DNA of 64,000 bases, taken from positions 22,466,210-22,530,209 of the forward strand of contig NC_134030.1 of the NCBI RefSeq assembly GCF_964204645.1. Direction: 5' to 3'. This document shows, one piece after another, positions 54,101-63,153 of the stretch (its first letter is position 1; every line of letters begins with the position of its first letter). The notes under the pieces are model-generated. The model was not told the origin of the DNA, searched no databases, and saw only the letters and a list, made by a program, of their open reading frames with translations. The position numbers were made by a program, and so were the translations under genes. This stretch comes from Tubulanus polymorphus (Eukaryota > Animalia > Nemertea).

Positions 54101-57100
54101 ACAATACCCGAATAGTTATTGAAAAAGACTTTGAACTTACCGCTGGTCCGGTAACAAGGCCACCGTAATGGGAAGAAGAGGCCTGTATAAGACTGAGGAA
54201 CGTCTGTTCGGTGAGATGAGTGACGACTTCACGTGAACTACTGCCCAAATATTCAAAACCGTAATCATATTCCACATCCATACACTGAAAATAATTTGGA
54301 AAAAAAATGATGAAAATGAAAGATTTTATTTCAGATATTTTTTCGTTATTTTGCTTTGTTAAAACTTTGAAACTGTCGGAGTGAATTGTTAAATCATCAA
54401 CAGTTGGTTTCGCTTATTAACTCTTCAGCGCTGAGATCAACATTAATTAGTGCCGCAGTCGTACTAACCTGTATTTTGACGTCGCGATCGTCCGATTTAA
54501 ACGAGTATCTCAGCTGTGATTTCCATTCGAACGTATCGCGTAGAGTTCCGCCTGCGTCTAACACGGCGAGCAGACGTTCGACCAGGTCGCGTTTATGAGC
54601 TAAAATCGCTACGACGCTCGAAATCTTCTGAATTTGACTCGGGAATAAAACAAGTTTATAATCGACCGGGTCGTCTGTTTCCGCTTCAACGACTTCGTCC
54701 TCTTTTTTAAACAGCGGCACGTCCAGGTTCATCGTATCGACAGGTGGCGCTTCAGACGTCGATGGCTCTCGGAGACCTTTAAAAAACAACAACAAATATA
54801 GCTGCAAAGCAGCGATAATGGGTTTTCTGTCTAGCCGCATCCTGAATGATGATATTAATAATAATAACAATCAATATAGCTGCAAAGCAGCGATAATGGG
54901 TTTTTTGTCTAGCAAAAGAGCTATAATGGGTTTTCTGCTTTTATCAGCAGCTCATGGGTTTTCTGTCTAGCAAAAGAGCTATAATGGGTTTTCTGCTTTT
55001 ATCAGCAGCTCCTGGCCCCAAGCGACAATTAAGAGTTCATTGTTACTATAGTATTTATCCACCGGTTATCTTTAATCAATCTTCTAGCAATTGCAGCTGG
55101 GTGTAAAAAGATATTGCATCTTGATGGGAAAATAACCGGAGTGAAATCCTTAATATTCAAAATGACTCCAATTTCACTTTAGTTTCACTTTTATTTCGAG
55201 AAAGAAAATTTTGTAAAAGGTTTTCTTACTTTCCTGTTCGGGATTGTTCACTTGTGACCTGGCGGTTTCTTGGTCTAAAATAGTATAAAATATTAGATCA
55301 AAGCCTTTGAATCAAGTTCTTAATCTAAAGTATGAATTTCGAGACAGGGTGCGTCACTGTTATTTGATTTGCTTTTCCCCTGACTATTCCCTGACATGCA
55401 CGTTGTTCCCCTGATTTGATCTGCTAAGAATCCAATCAATTAACACAGTCAAATACTTAAGACATACCGTAGATGGAAACTGTTTGATTTTATGCGCAAT
55501 CTAATACTCTCAATAAATCCCCCTTATTTTGTACAGAATTCCATGAATATTCCCTGACATTAGAGAAGGAATTTCCTGTTTTCTCCCTGAATTGGGTAAG
55601 TGACACCACCCTGCAACAGAATTTTTGGCATAACGAACTAGATTAGCAGGCCACAGTCGGTTATTCCTGATAATGACCAGGATCCAGTTCTACAGTTTTT
55701 AAAGTTTAGGTCAGCTAACTTCTGATGTTTTAACCGTGGATCCAGTTGCACAGCCGTGACTAAAGACCAAAAGTGGTCTTAGACCTTCAGTCATCTTAAA
55801 TCTTAAGAATAGTCTTAAGTTGTCGGACTGGCTATAGAAGTGTGTTGGTCTTAGACTGGTCTTAAATGTAAGCCCTGACCGTGCACTTAGCCAATGAACT
55901 GTGTAACTGGGTCTTTGTCATATGCGCGTCCCCAAAATATGGATTTAACATTAAGTGCATCTCCCTTTTCCACACAAGTGCAAACAGTTTAAATCCACTC
56001 TAGACTTCAACGGCCGCATTCCGTATTTTCAAGTTAGAATATGTCTTTAGTTTGAATTAGTTCATTTTCAATAACAGTAAAATCATGAGTTCGATTCTAA
56101 CTTGATAATACGAAACAGGGTTCAAAATGAAACGATGTTATCATAACCCACACACAAACACACACAGAAAAAAAAAAACAATCTGCTTCTACAAGAATGG
56201 AATTTGAAGACCGACCACCAAAACATTGAAATTCTTACCCATCCTAAATGTAACCATAGCGTTAGGGCTCGGTTTCAGAGATATTGAAAGCTCTGCATTA
56301 GAAAAATACATATTTCATATTGCTTTAATTGAATTGTATAATAATTGTTCATAGTTAGTATATTGGTTGATAGATTTGTTAATATTTGAGCGGAGTCTAC
56401 TGTATCATCCAACTCAGATATCACTCTCAATTCAAAATATCCGACTTGAGCGGAGTCTACTGTATCATCCAACTCAGATATCACTCTCAAGTCAAAATAT
56501 CCGACTTGAGCGGAGTCTACTGTATCATCCAACTCAGATATCACTCTCAAGTCAAAAGATCCGACTTGAGCGGAGTCTACTGTACCATCCAACTCAGATA
56601 TCACTCTCAATTCAAAATATCCGACTTGAGCGGAGTCTACTGTATCATCCAACTCAGATATCACTCTCAATTCAAAATATCCGACTTGAGCGGAGTCTAC
56701 TGTATCATCCAACTCAGATATCACTCTCAATTCAAAATATCCGACTTGAGTGGAGTCTACTGTATCATCCAACTCAGATATCACTCTCAAGTTAGCAGAT
56801 CCGACTTGAGCGGAGTCTACTGTATCATCCAACTCAGATATCACTCTCAAGTCAAAAGATCAGACTTGAGCGGAGTCTACTGTACCATCCAACTCAGATA
56901 TCACTCTCAAGTTAGCAGATCCGACTTGAGCGGAGTCTACTGTATCATCCAACTCAGATATCACTCTCAAGTCAATAGATCTGACTTGAGTGGAGTCTAC
57001 TGTATCATCCAACTCAGATATCACTCTCAAGTTAGCAGATCCGACTTGAGCGGAGTCTACTGTATCATCCAACTCAGATATCACTCTCAAGTCAAAAGAT

Positions 57101-60100
57101 CAGACTTGAGCGGAGTCTACTGTACCATCCAACTCAGATATCACTCTCAAGTCAAAAGATCTGACTTGAGCGGAATCTACTGTACCATCCAACTCAGATA
57201 TCACTCTCAAGTCAAAGGATCTGACTTGAGCGGAGTCTACTGTACCATCCAACTCAGATATCACTCTCAAGTCAAAGGATCTGACTTGAGCGGAGTCTAC
57301 TGTACCATCCAACTCAGATATCCCTCTCAAGTCAAAAGATCAGACTCTTGAGCGGAGTCTACTGTACCATCCAACTCAGATATCACTCTCACGTCAAAAG
57401 ATCTGACTTGAGCACGGTTTACACCTATTTTTTACATGTTTTTTGCCCAAAAAGTTTGCTGAAAGTTTTATGGTTTTGATGGCAAAAATCCTCCACTATG
57501 GAATTTATTGAAAATATGTTTTTCCTGAATAAATTTCTGATCAATCAATTATGAATGAAATCAAAGCCCATGAAAATAGTGAACAATTGTGGCATATGTT
57601 TTTGATGTACGGTTGGTTTAGTTTTTTGCACGCATCTCTTTTGTTCTATCACAACAGGACTCAGTAAAACTGCTGCGGTAACAGTTTGGATGTATCTATT
57701 ATTGAATTCATGGTTCGGTTGATTTTTTGCACGCATTCTCCGTTTCCCGCGTGGATTTTTTTCAATTCCTGATTCCACAAAAAAAGGATCGATTGTAAAT
57801 TTCTGCTTTGATAATTTCACCCAGTGTGAGATGAGAGGCAGGTGGTGCGGACATAGTCAATATAAACCAATCAGTTTCATCAACATTTCATCAACTTGGA
57901 ATCGTTTGTATTCGAAGGTAAGTTCATCAATCGTAGAGTCATCAACATTGATCTCATATTGTGTAGTTATTGCAACGGACGAATTGTACAAGAAGTAATT
58001 TGACGATTTTCTATTTGTTAAAACTTGATTTTAATTTTAGAAATTTGATGTTTTTGAATTTGTTAACTTTATCTGAAACAGATGTTTGTTTAATGAAATT
58101 TACAAGAAATAATTCTAACATTTTCAAATTGTCAAAAAATTGAAGATATTTTCTGAATTCAATTCTGTTAAGTTTAACTAGCATCAGATGTAGGTTCTAT
58201 GATTAATTATAGATGAATTAAATATTTTTATGACTGCTGAAATTCAGTCCAAATATCACCGATGTATTCGTTCCTATTTCAGCTTCGTAAATTGCTCGTA
58301 TAAATCTGTGATTTGTCGCCGAAACAACTGTTAAAATGATCGGTAAGTTATAATTCTAATTTCACTGTAAACTTGTAAAAACTAATTCAACAAATAGAAT
58401 GAAGATTTTTCTTTCACGAAGGTTAAACAATAATAAAACAGATTGTATTAATTTGTAGCGTCAATGCTGATGAAAATGTTGAGAAGTTTACTTCCGATCA
58501 TGTTGTTAGTGATCAGTTTGTGGTCGATGGTGAACGCTGAAACTGCTGCTGCAGCTGATGATTCAGCTGAAGAACTCGCTCTTAGCCGTCGAAAGAAGAC
58601 GGCTTACGACGAATGGTGGCGTAAAGCCAATGAACAGGCCGGGAATATCTGATTCCACTGTGGTTAAATTATTGATTCCATAGCGGATAAACTGATTCCA
58701 CATCGTGTAATTTGTGTGAATTAATAAACAAAATTCATTGAATGATAAAACATTATTCTGTAGTTTATTTCATGACTGTTTTTATGGCGACTGATTGGCG
58801 ACCTGTGGAATGGAGCCAAAATAGATTCCATTTTCCATCCTAAAACACCTGATATATAAATTTGTTTTAAACAAACATAGCTGCCAGGCGCCATGTTAGG
58901 TTTCTATCAAGGATATTCTTTATTCTATGGAACTCTACGCGATACATTTGACTGGAAATCACTCAGAAAGTTACTCATTTTATCTTCCAACATTTGAAGC
59001 AGCAAGAAATGAGAAACTTTGTAATTTGCATGTAAAAAATTTTTGGAAAAATGTTAAATTCGAAATTGAAAAAAAATCATCAGAAAACCATATTTGCCAC
59101 AAGTTCCTCCACAGAGGGACTCAGTAAAGTTTGCACAGGATATCTTGATAATCCAGCTGTAATCAAATTTCAAGGAATGGATTAAGAAGGATTAGTACTA
59201 ACCTAATTCATCGGGTTTAGGTTCATCCTCATCTAATATAGAACCGGGCATCGACGGTTCACCTCGACCGGTTCTACTCCGCTCCGAGACCGTATCCGTC
59301 TTTTCTTTCAAACTTCCCTTCTGCGAGGCGACTGCGGAAAAAAGTTTTCAGAAAAAAAGTTTTCGTAATTTTCTCAACGCTAGAAAAAAAAATACCCTAA
59401 AGAACAATCATCGAACTCAATCTTGATTGAATATATCCCGGTAAATATTGATGAAGATATAAAAAGTGTCAAGACATTTATTGAATTTGAATGTTTTCAA
59501 ATATGAGTGTTATTCAGATAAATGGTGACATTAGGAGAATTGGTAAAATAACAACAAAATAAGAGTGGATCATTGGAACTGTTTAGGAGATCCAAACGAG
59601 TGTACGTTTTGGAGACACTAACGAATTAGGCAGCCAAGAAAATTCATCCCAATCAGTTGCTTGCCGGTTCAGACTGAATGGAAGATTGTTTGGATGAACC
59701 GGAACCGAATTTCCAATTATGTACTTCGATTTAGAAAAAAAAAAATTCTGTTAACTCGACCGCCGATCAAACAACTATATTTGTACTTCGATTTCCGATT
59801 TTTTGTAAACTCGACCGCCGATCACACATCTCCCGTACTTCCATTTCCGATTTCAAAATCAAACCCCCTGTTTCGCTCCGGACAGGTGTGGTGGGTCTGT
59901 AAGGGACACTCAATCAAAAAATCAAACAAAATTTACCAGCCAAATAAATAACAGGGACAATCCCTATTTTAAGATCAATAAACTGCAACGGATAAAAACT
60001 AACAAGAAATTTAGAGAAAACAGCAATAGATATATGACAAAGGACCACGGTCATGTTTAAGTATATTTTTTACGTTTGGATTATTTCGAAGCAACCTTTA

Positions 60101-61057
60101 TAAAGAACTTTAAATGGCAACCTCCGTCCGGCTGAAAAGCTCAACCTATAAAAAGGGCATTCTGAAATTTGAAAAATCTGCTTTTTGCAGCAATTTCCAA
60201 GCAATTCAAGTCCCGACGCAAAGTGCTTTCTAGCAAATTAATTGCATTGAGAAGTTTCCAGGCAATAAAGACAAAATCTTGCATTTTTTTGTTAAAAAAT
60301 CATCTACCTCGGCTTGTAAAAATGTGCCCTTTTCTACTTTGGGTATGACAAAAAAATATATGAAAAAATGGCGCGAGATTTTCGCGACGCTAGCACGTGC
60401 CCGGCTCGAGCTTGATATATTATACATTATAGTATCTTACCATCGCTGGCCGATCTTCGCTGCTGTTTATCGATGATTGCTTTTTTTCTTTCCCTGGAAC
60501 TATCGAGTCCTTTCAACATGAGCACCGTCGCGTTAATAGTCTCGTTCATTTTACTCATCATCGTCTGAAATGACGCACGATTAATTAGCTAATTACGTAA
60601 TCAATTAACCGAATAGACAAATGAACTATCGATAATTAGATGATTGATTAACTAATTAAGGTATATTTATTACTCTAAGCCTTAAGATTTAACCCACATT
60701 TACTGCGAAAATGAAATAGCCAATGAAACTATAGTGAAACTATCCACACTTAATTAGATAATTGATTTAAGTAATTAAACGCTATTCAAATCAGCTCAAG
60801 TTAATTAAATATTCAATTAACTAATTAATGGAATCAGTCAATTTAACGTACTTGTATCGAATCCTTATTGCCGTCCTCGACAGCCTGTAAAGCGCCCTCT
60901 ACGTGTTCGGTGAGATGTATTTGAGTGACTAGATAAACGATTTCGGTGACGTGGTCTAAAGTCCACGACTGTCCGGTCACTTTACTATCGATTTTGATGT
61001 CCGGCATTTTCGGCATCGATTTCTCCTTCTTCGAGTTGGTCGTTGAAGATTTTTCCG
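17516..61057 (-). CDS. Axonemal dynein heavy chain-like protein (divergent, outer-arm beta-type features), 5'-partial; linker through C-terminus, about 61 exons
   Basis: GT-AG exons read by hand, phases checked at many junctions (high to low): 60852-61057, 60441-60564, 59203-59331, 55230-55274, 54469-54776, 54141-54284, 52727-53186, 52333-52437, 52039-52152, 51688-51789, 50920-51213, 50215-50417, 49665-49822, 49084-49204, 48694-48807, 48080-48379, 47576-47746, 47084-47212, 46371-46531, 45946-46057, 45337-45545, 44989-45106, 44571-44731, 43866-44037, 42723-42950, 42144-42386, 41502-41710, 40749-40918, 40179-40329, 39400-39556, 38566-38670, 38001-38175, 37852-37918, 37393-37560, 37167-37281, 36771-36896, 35994-36213, 35187-35389, 34429-34627, 33901-34050, 33244-33403, 31114-31262, 30473-30840, 29571-29798, 28894-29038, 28141-28444, 27730-27839, 27000-27263, 26382-26677, 26083-26263, 25684-25908, 25012-25274, 23676-23820, 23252-23363, 22506-22791, 21724-21925, 21005-21198, 20513-20655, 19688-19805, 19450-19546, 17516-18906. 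Dynein hallmarks: FEWKSQLRY, YGFEYLG, FRTVAVVKPD, GPPGCGKS (AAA2), WKDG, GERGCGKS and IDDLNL..DRYG..RQHID..NPT..RLLRHF (AAA3), LCNWV (MTBD), YLGPY, WLGGFVNPQSLFTA, WIQAGTALL. The N-terminal tail lies beyond 64000. Confidence 0.93.
19912..20360. repeat. 30-bp minisatellite (agtctactgtagatcagagacaagc...)
   Basis: About 11 units, interrupted by a MITE at 20154-20258. Confidence 0.92.
20154..20258. mobile_element. MITE (family C, GACCCAGTTCCACAGTT TIR), 105 bp
   Basis: TIRs gacccagttccacagtt / aactgtggaaccgggtc with a CTG duplication; inserted into one unit of a 30-bp tandem repeat whose neighbours show the empty site. Relatives at ~33472-33562, ~44288-44484 and ~53488-54001. Confidence 0.88.
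29195..29527. repeat. 33-bp intronic minisatellite (ggccatttgactgatcacctgctgcaagatcaa)
   Basis: About 10 units, degenerate toward the left; lies in the intron between dynein exons 29571-29798 and 28894-29038. Confidence 0.9.
31936..32159. mobile_element. Penelope-like inverted-repeat element with two hammerhead ribozyme motifs
   Basis: 12-bp direct repeat atactttaagct at 31924-31935 and 32160-32171. Internal inverted repeat. CTGATGAT-GGCTAA..TTAGCC-GAAACGTC on the minus strand (32042-32079) and a similar core on the plus strand (32083-32113). Confidence 0.75.
34703..34880. mobile_element. Second Penelope-like inverted element with paired hammerhead motifs
   Basis: Inverted ends aaacccataatatca / tgatattgtgggttt. 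CTGAAGAC-TGGTGGAA-GGA-TTCCACCC-GAAA on the minus strand (34747-34783); the plus copy (34813-34849) has GAAA changed to AAAA. Confidence 0.62.
34932..35040. mobile_element. MITE (gggcccagtttcac TIR)
   Basis: TIRs gggcccagtttcac / gtgaaactgggccc with CAG at both flanks; relatives at ~22052-22174 and ~34228. Confidence 0.75.
38908..39322. repeat. ~220-bp local direct duplication
   Basis: 38908-39097 matches 39128-39321 (agttcagctggtttagaaact...gcaattgagtatctcatt). Confidence 0.85.
39575..39930. repeat. ~76-bp tandem and dispersed repeat (atttgatgatgtcatagggggatttatggaggcagacatc...)
   Basis: About 5 tandem units here; further units at ~20760-20940, ~25292-25620 and ~27620-27690. Confidence 0.85.
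40573..40678 (+). mobile_element. Penelope-like fragment with a near-intact hammerhead
   Basis: CTGATGAT-GGCTAAC-AGTT-GTTAGCC-AAAACGTC (one core mutation), then the reverse complement of ~31974-32040. Confidence 0.6.
41947..42115. repeat. 18-bp minisatellite (gaatggggtcatgataca)
   Basis: About 9 units; explains the TPFCIM and HDPILY ORF tails. Confidence 0.9.
43000..43430. repeat. 41-43-bp minisatellite containing ATTTGCAT
   Basis: About 10 units of tatagaattctcatttgcataatatatgcactagacatttaca. Confidence 0.9.
46648..46941. repeat. 20-bp satellite GGATCCAGTTCCACAGTTC(T/A)
   Basis: About 14 units. The same unit forms arrays at ~29981-30220 and ~41033-41433, and in reverse orientation at ~37702-37818 and ~50581-50832. 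Confidence 0.93.
53488..54001. repeat. Family C MITE with an internal ~41-bp tandem expansion
   Basis: About 10-11 units of gaactcaggatccagttccacagttgtgagttagagtt(t)aactct, ending in a normal right arm (aactcacaactgcggaactgggtc). Confidence 0.82.
56387..57413. repeat. 60-bp satellite, about 17 units
   Basis: Unit tgagcggagtctactgtatcatccaactcagatatcactctcaagtcaaaagatccgact; variation is concentrated in one ~12-bp segment. Confidence 0.96.
57861..57876 (+). promoter_or_regulatory. Candidate core promoter of the nested peptide gene
   Basis: TATAAA at 57861-57866 and Inr-like TCAGTT at 57871-57876, just upstream of the first donor at 57918. Their spacing is shorter than canonical, so only one is likely used. 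Confidence 0.35.
58336..58652 (+). CDS. Nested small secreted peptide precursor (66 aa; signal, acidic pro-region, RRKK, 17-aa mature peptide)
   Basis: Coding exons 58336-58342 (AAAATG ATC G|GTAAGT) and 58459-58652 (tttgtag|CG TCA ATG...) join in frame as MIASMLMKMLRSLLPIMLLVISLWSMVNAETAAAADDSAEELALSRRKKTAYDEWWRKANEQAGNI. An upstream noncoding exon ends at 57917 (AAG|GTAAGT), the acceptor ttcctatttcag precedes 58283, and AATAAA is at 58723-58728. Confidence 0.75.
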
Positions 61058-61364
61058 CTGTTAGAAATAAGACAGAATTGAAGGGTAGATCAATGATTTT
61101 GATTTTAACGCGTGAAATTCTTTGGTCAGAGGAATGTGATTGCAATTAAAATCATTTATCTTATTATGACGCCCTTTGTCCTGGTCTCAATTTCAAGAAA
61201 ATGTTTTTTTTTTCATAAGTAGCTTTATTAACCAAAGAACAATTTTACGGTAATAAAATATGCTTAAGTTTTTTTAAAAGACATTATTAGCGATAGTATA
61301 CAGCATTTCAAGCTTCATTCATTGTATTGTATCAAGCTTAGACTAGTCTAACAATGAGCTAAGA

Positions 61365-61772
61365 CCGGTGTAAAAAATGAGGTAAGACTGGGCTGGTACA
61401 AATGGGCTTAGACTGGTCTCGAAAATGAGTTACCGTAAGACTGGTCTAAAAAATGAGCTTAGACTGGGTCTAAAAATGAGGTAAGACTTGTCTAAAAATA
61501 AACTAAGACTGGTAAAAAAAATGAGCTTAGACTGGGTCTAAAAATGAGGTAAGACTGGTCTAAAAAATGAGCTTAGACTGAGTGTAAAAATGAGGTAAGA
61601 CTGGGTCTAAAAAAATGAGCTTAGACTGGGTCTTAAAATGAGGTAAGACTGGGTCTAAAAAAATGAGCTTAGACTGGGTCTAAAAATGAGGTATGACTGG
61701 GTCTAAAGAATGAGCTTAGACTGGGTCTTAAAATGAGGTAAGACTGGGTCTAAAAATGAGGTAAGACTGGTC
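61365..61772. repeat. 21-23-bp minisatellite (taagactgggtctaaaaatgag)
   Basis: About 18 units, mostly alternating gaggtaagact and gagcttagact variants. Confidence 0.9.
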
Positions 61773-63153
61773 TTACAAATGGCCTGCGACTGGTCTTGAA
61801 AATGAGTTAAAACAGGTCGCGCAATTTAGCTTCTAAATCTTAGCCTCGACTGTGAAATCGGTTTTGCGTATTGTGCAATATGAATCGTGTGACGAATCGA
61901 TCAGGAATCGTAGTGAATCGCGGTGTAGCAGGTGTTCGTTAGATAGAGATGGTTTCAGTGATTATTGATTGATTGATGGACAGTAAATGGATTGTAATGA
62001 TTGAGCGAGCGTTGAGTGTACGTGCAGTCTGACTAAACCACAGCACACAGCACCGCGACACAGATCAAACCAGGTAAGACAATACGCTAGACACCTTCAA
62101 ATACCACCAGGCAGATTCTTCAAATATCGGGTAAACGCAGATTTTAATATATTCATTTATATCTTCAGATATCAAGGGAAAAATTTATGAATAATTCATT
62201 TCAACGCATTAATGAAATATGTTGAATATCTTTAGATATGGACAAAGTATATTACATATCTTACATTATCTCATATAGACCGAAAGGGGAACAATTCAAA
62301 GTATATTTAGATATCACGGGAAAAACCTTTCTCATTATTTGGATGATTGACTGAATGATTTTCAAATAAATGAGCTGAACAGATTCAACCTCGTCTTTTA
62401 ACTATTTCACATTTCTTTTCTAGATCCAGTTGCACAAAAGTCGATTAAGTTTTTACTCTACATTGTTAAATCTGTTTGTTTCAAACTACATCCCGATAAC
62501 AACGCAATCTGCGCTATTTAGAAATTACAGAAATTATCACTTCACTAAATTGATACAGGGCGAACTGGATCGATAGACCACACCATCATCTGGTAGTTAC
62601 ATTAATTAGGCTAATTAGTCTCGTCAATACAAACGTAATGAGTCTAATTAACCCGACGAGCCTGTAATCACAACACAGCTGAATTAGCCCTTCATTTCCA
62701 CCGACTAGATCAGATAAAATCACAAAATAACTTATAACATTTCTTATCATTATTTCAAGATCAAAATGATAAATATTCTAAATGGACATTCGTGGTCTGC
62801 TACTAGCAAATAACTAAATCAAATAATTATTATTACCAACATCTATTGTCATGATCAATATAATGATTATCACTATCATAATCTATTGTTTTCAATAATG
62901 ATAAATTACGATAAATCAAAGTGACTTATTAATTATCATAATTAATTACTATTCATCATTTATGATCATTTATTTTTTTTTTTGTCACCTGAATTCAATC
63001 GGTGATAAAATAGATACGATCTTCTAAAATCAAAGAATAAATTCACTTATCGAGAATCCAAATGAAGAAGCGATGAATTTTATATGAAATTTTCTCTCGT
63101 GTTGCTAGGCAATGGGTTCTATCGTTACGGACGCATTGTTGTGAAGGGGGACG

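Noticed and set aside
56275-57351. 321-aa and 191-aa repeat ORFs; CRISPR-like appearance
   Set aside because: Units abut with no unique spacers, there are no cas genes and the context is eukaryotic. The frames stay open because the 60-bp unit is a multiple of 3, and the minus frame is broken by stops.
59864-59895. Possible small dynein exon (cccttacag|ACCCACC...)
   Set aside because: It ends in phase 0 or hits TGA, while the next exon needs phase 1.
17516-61057. Calling the dynein a pseudogene, or naming it DNAH9/11/17 or DNHD1
   Set aside because: No stop or frameshift was found in ~61 exons, which argues against a pseudogene; orthology needs a phylogeny, so no symbol is given.
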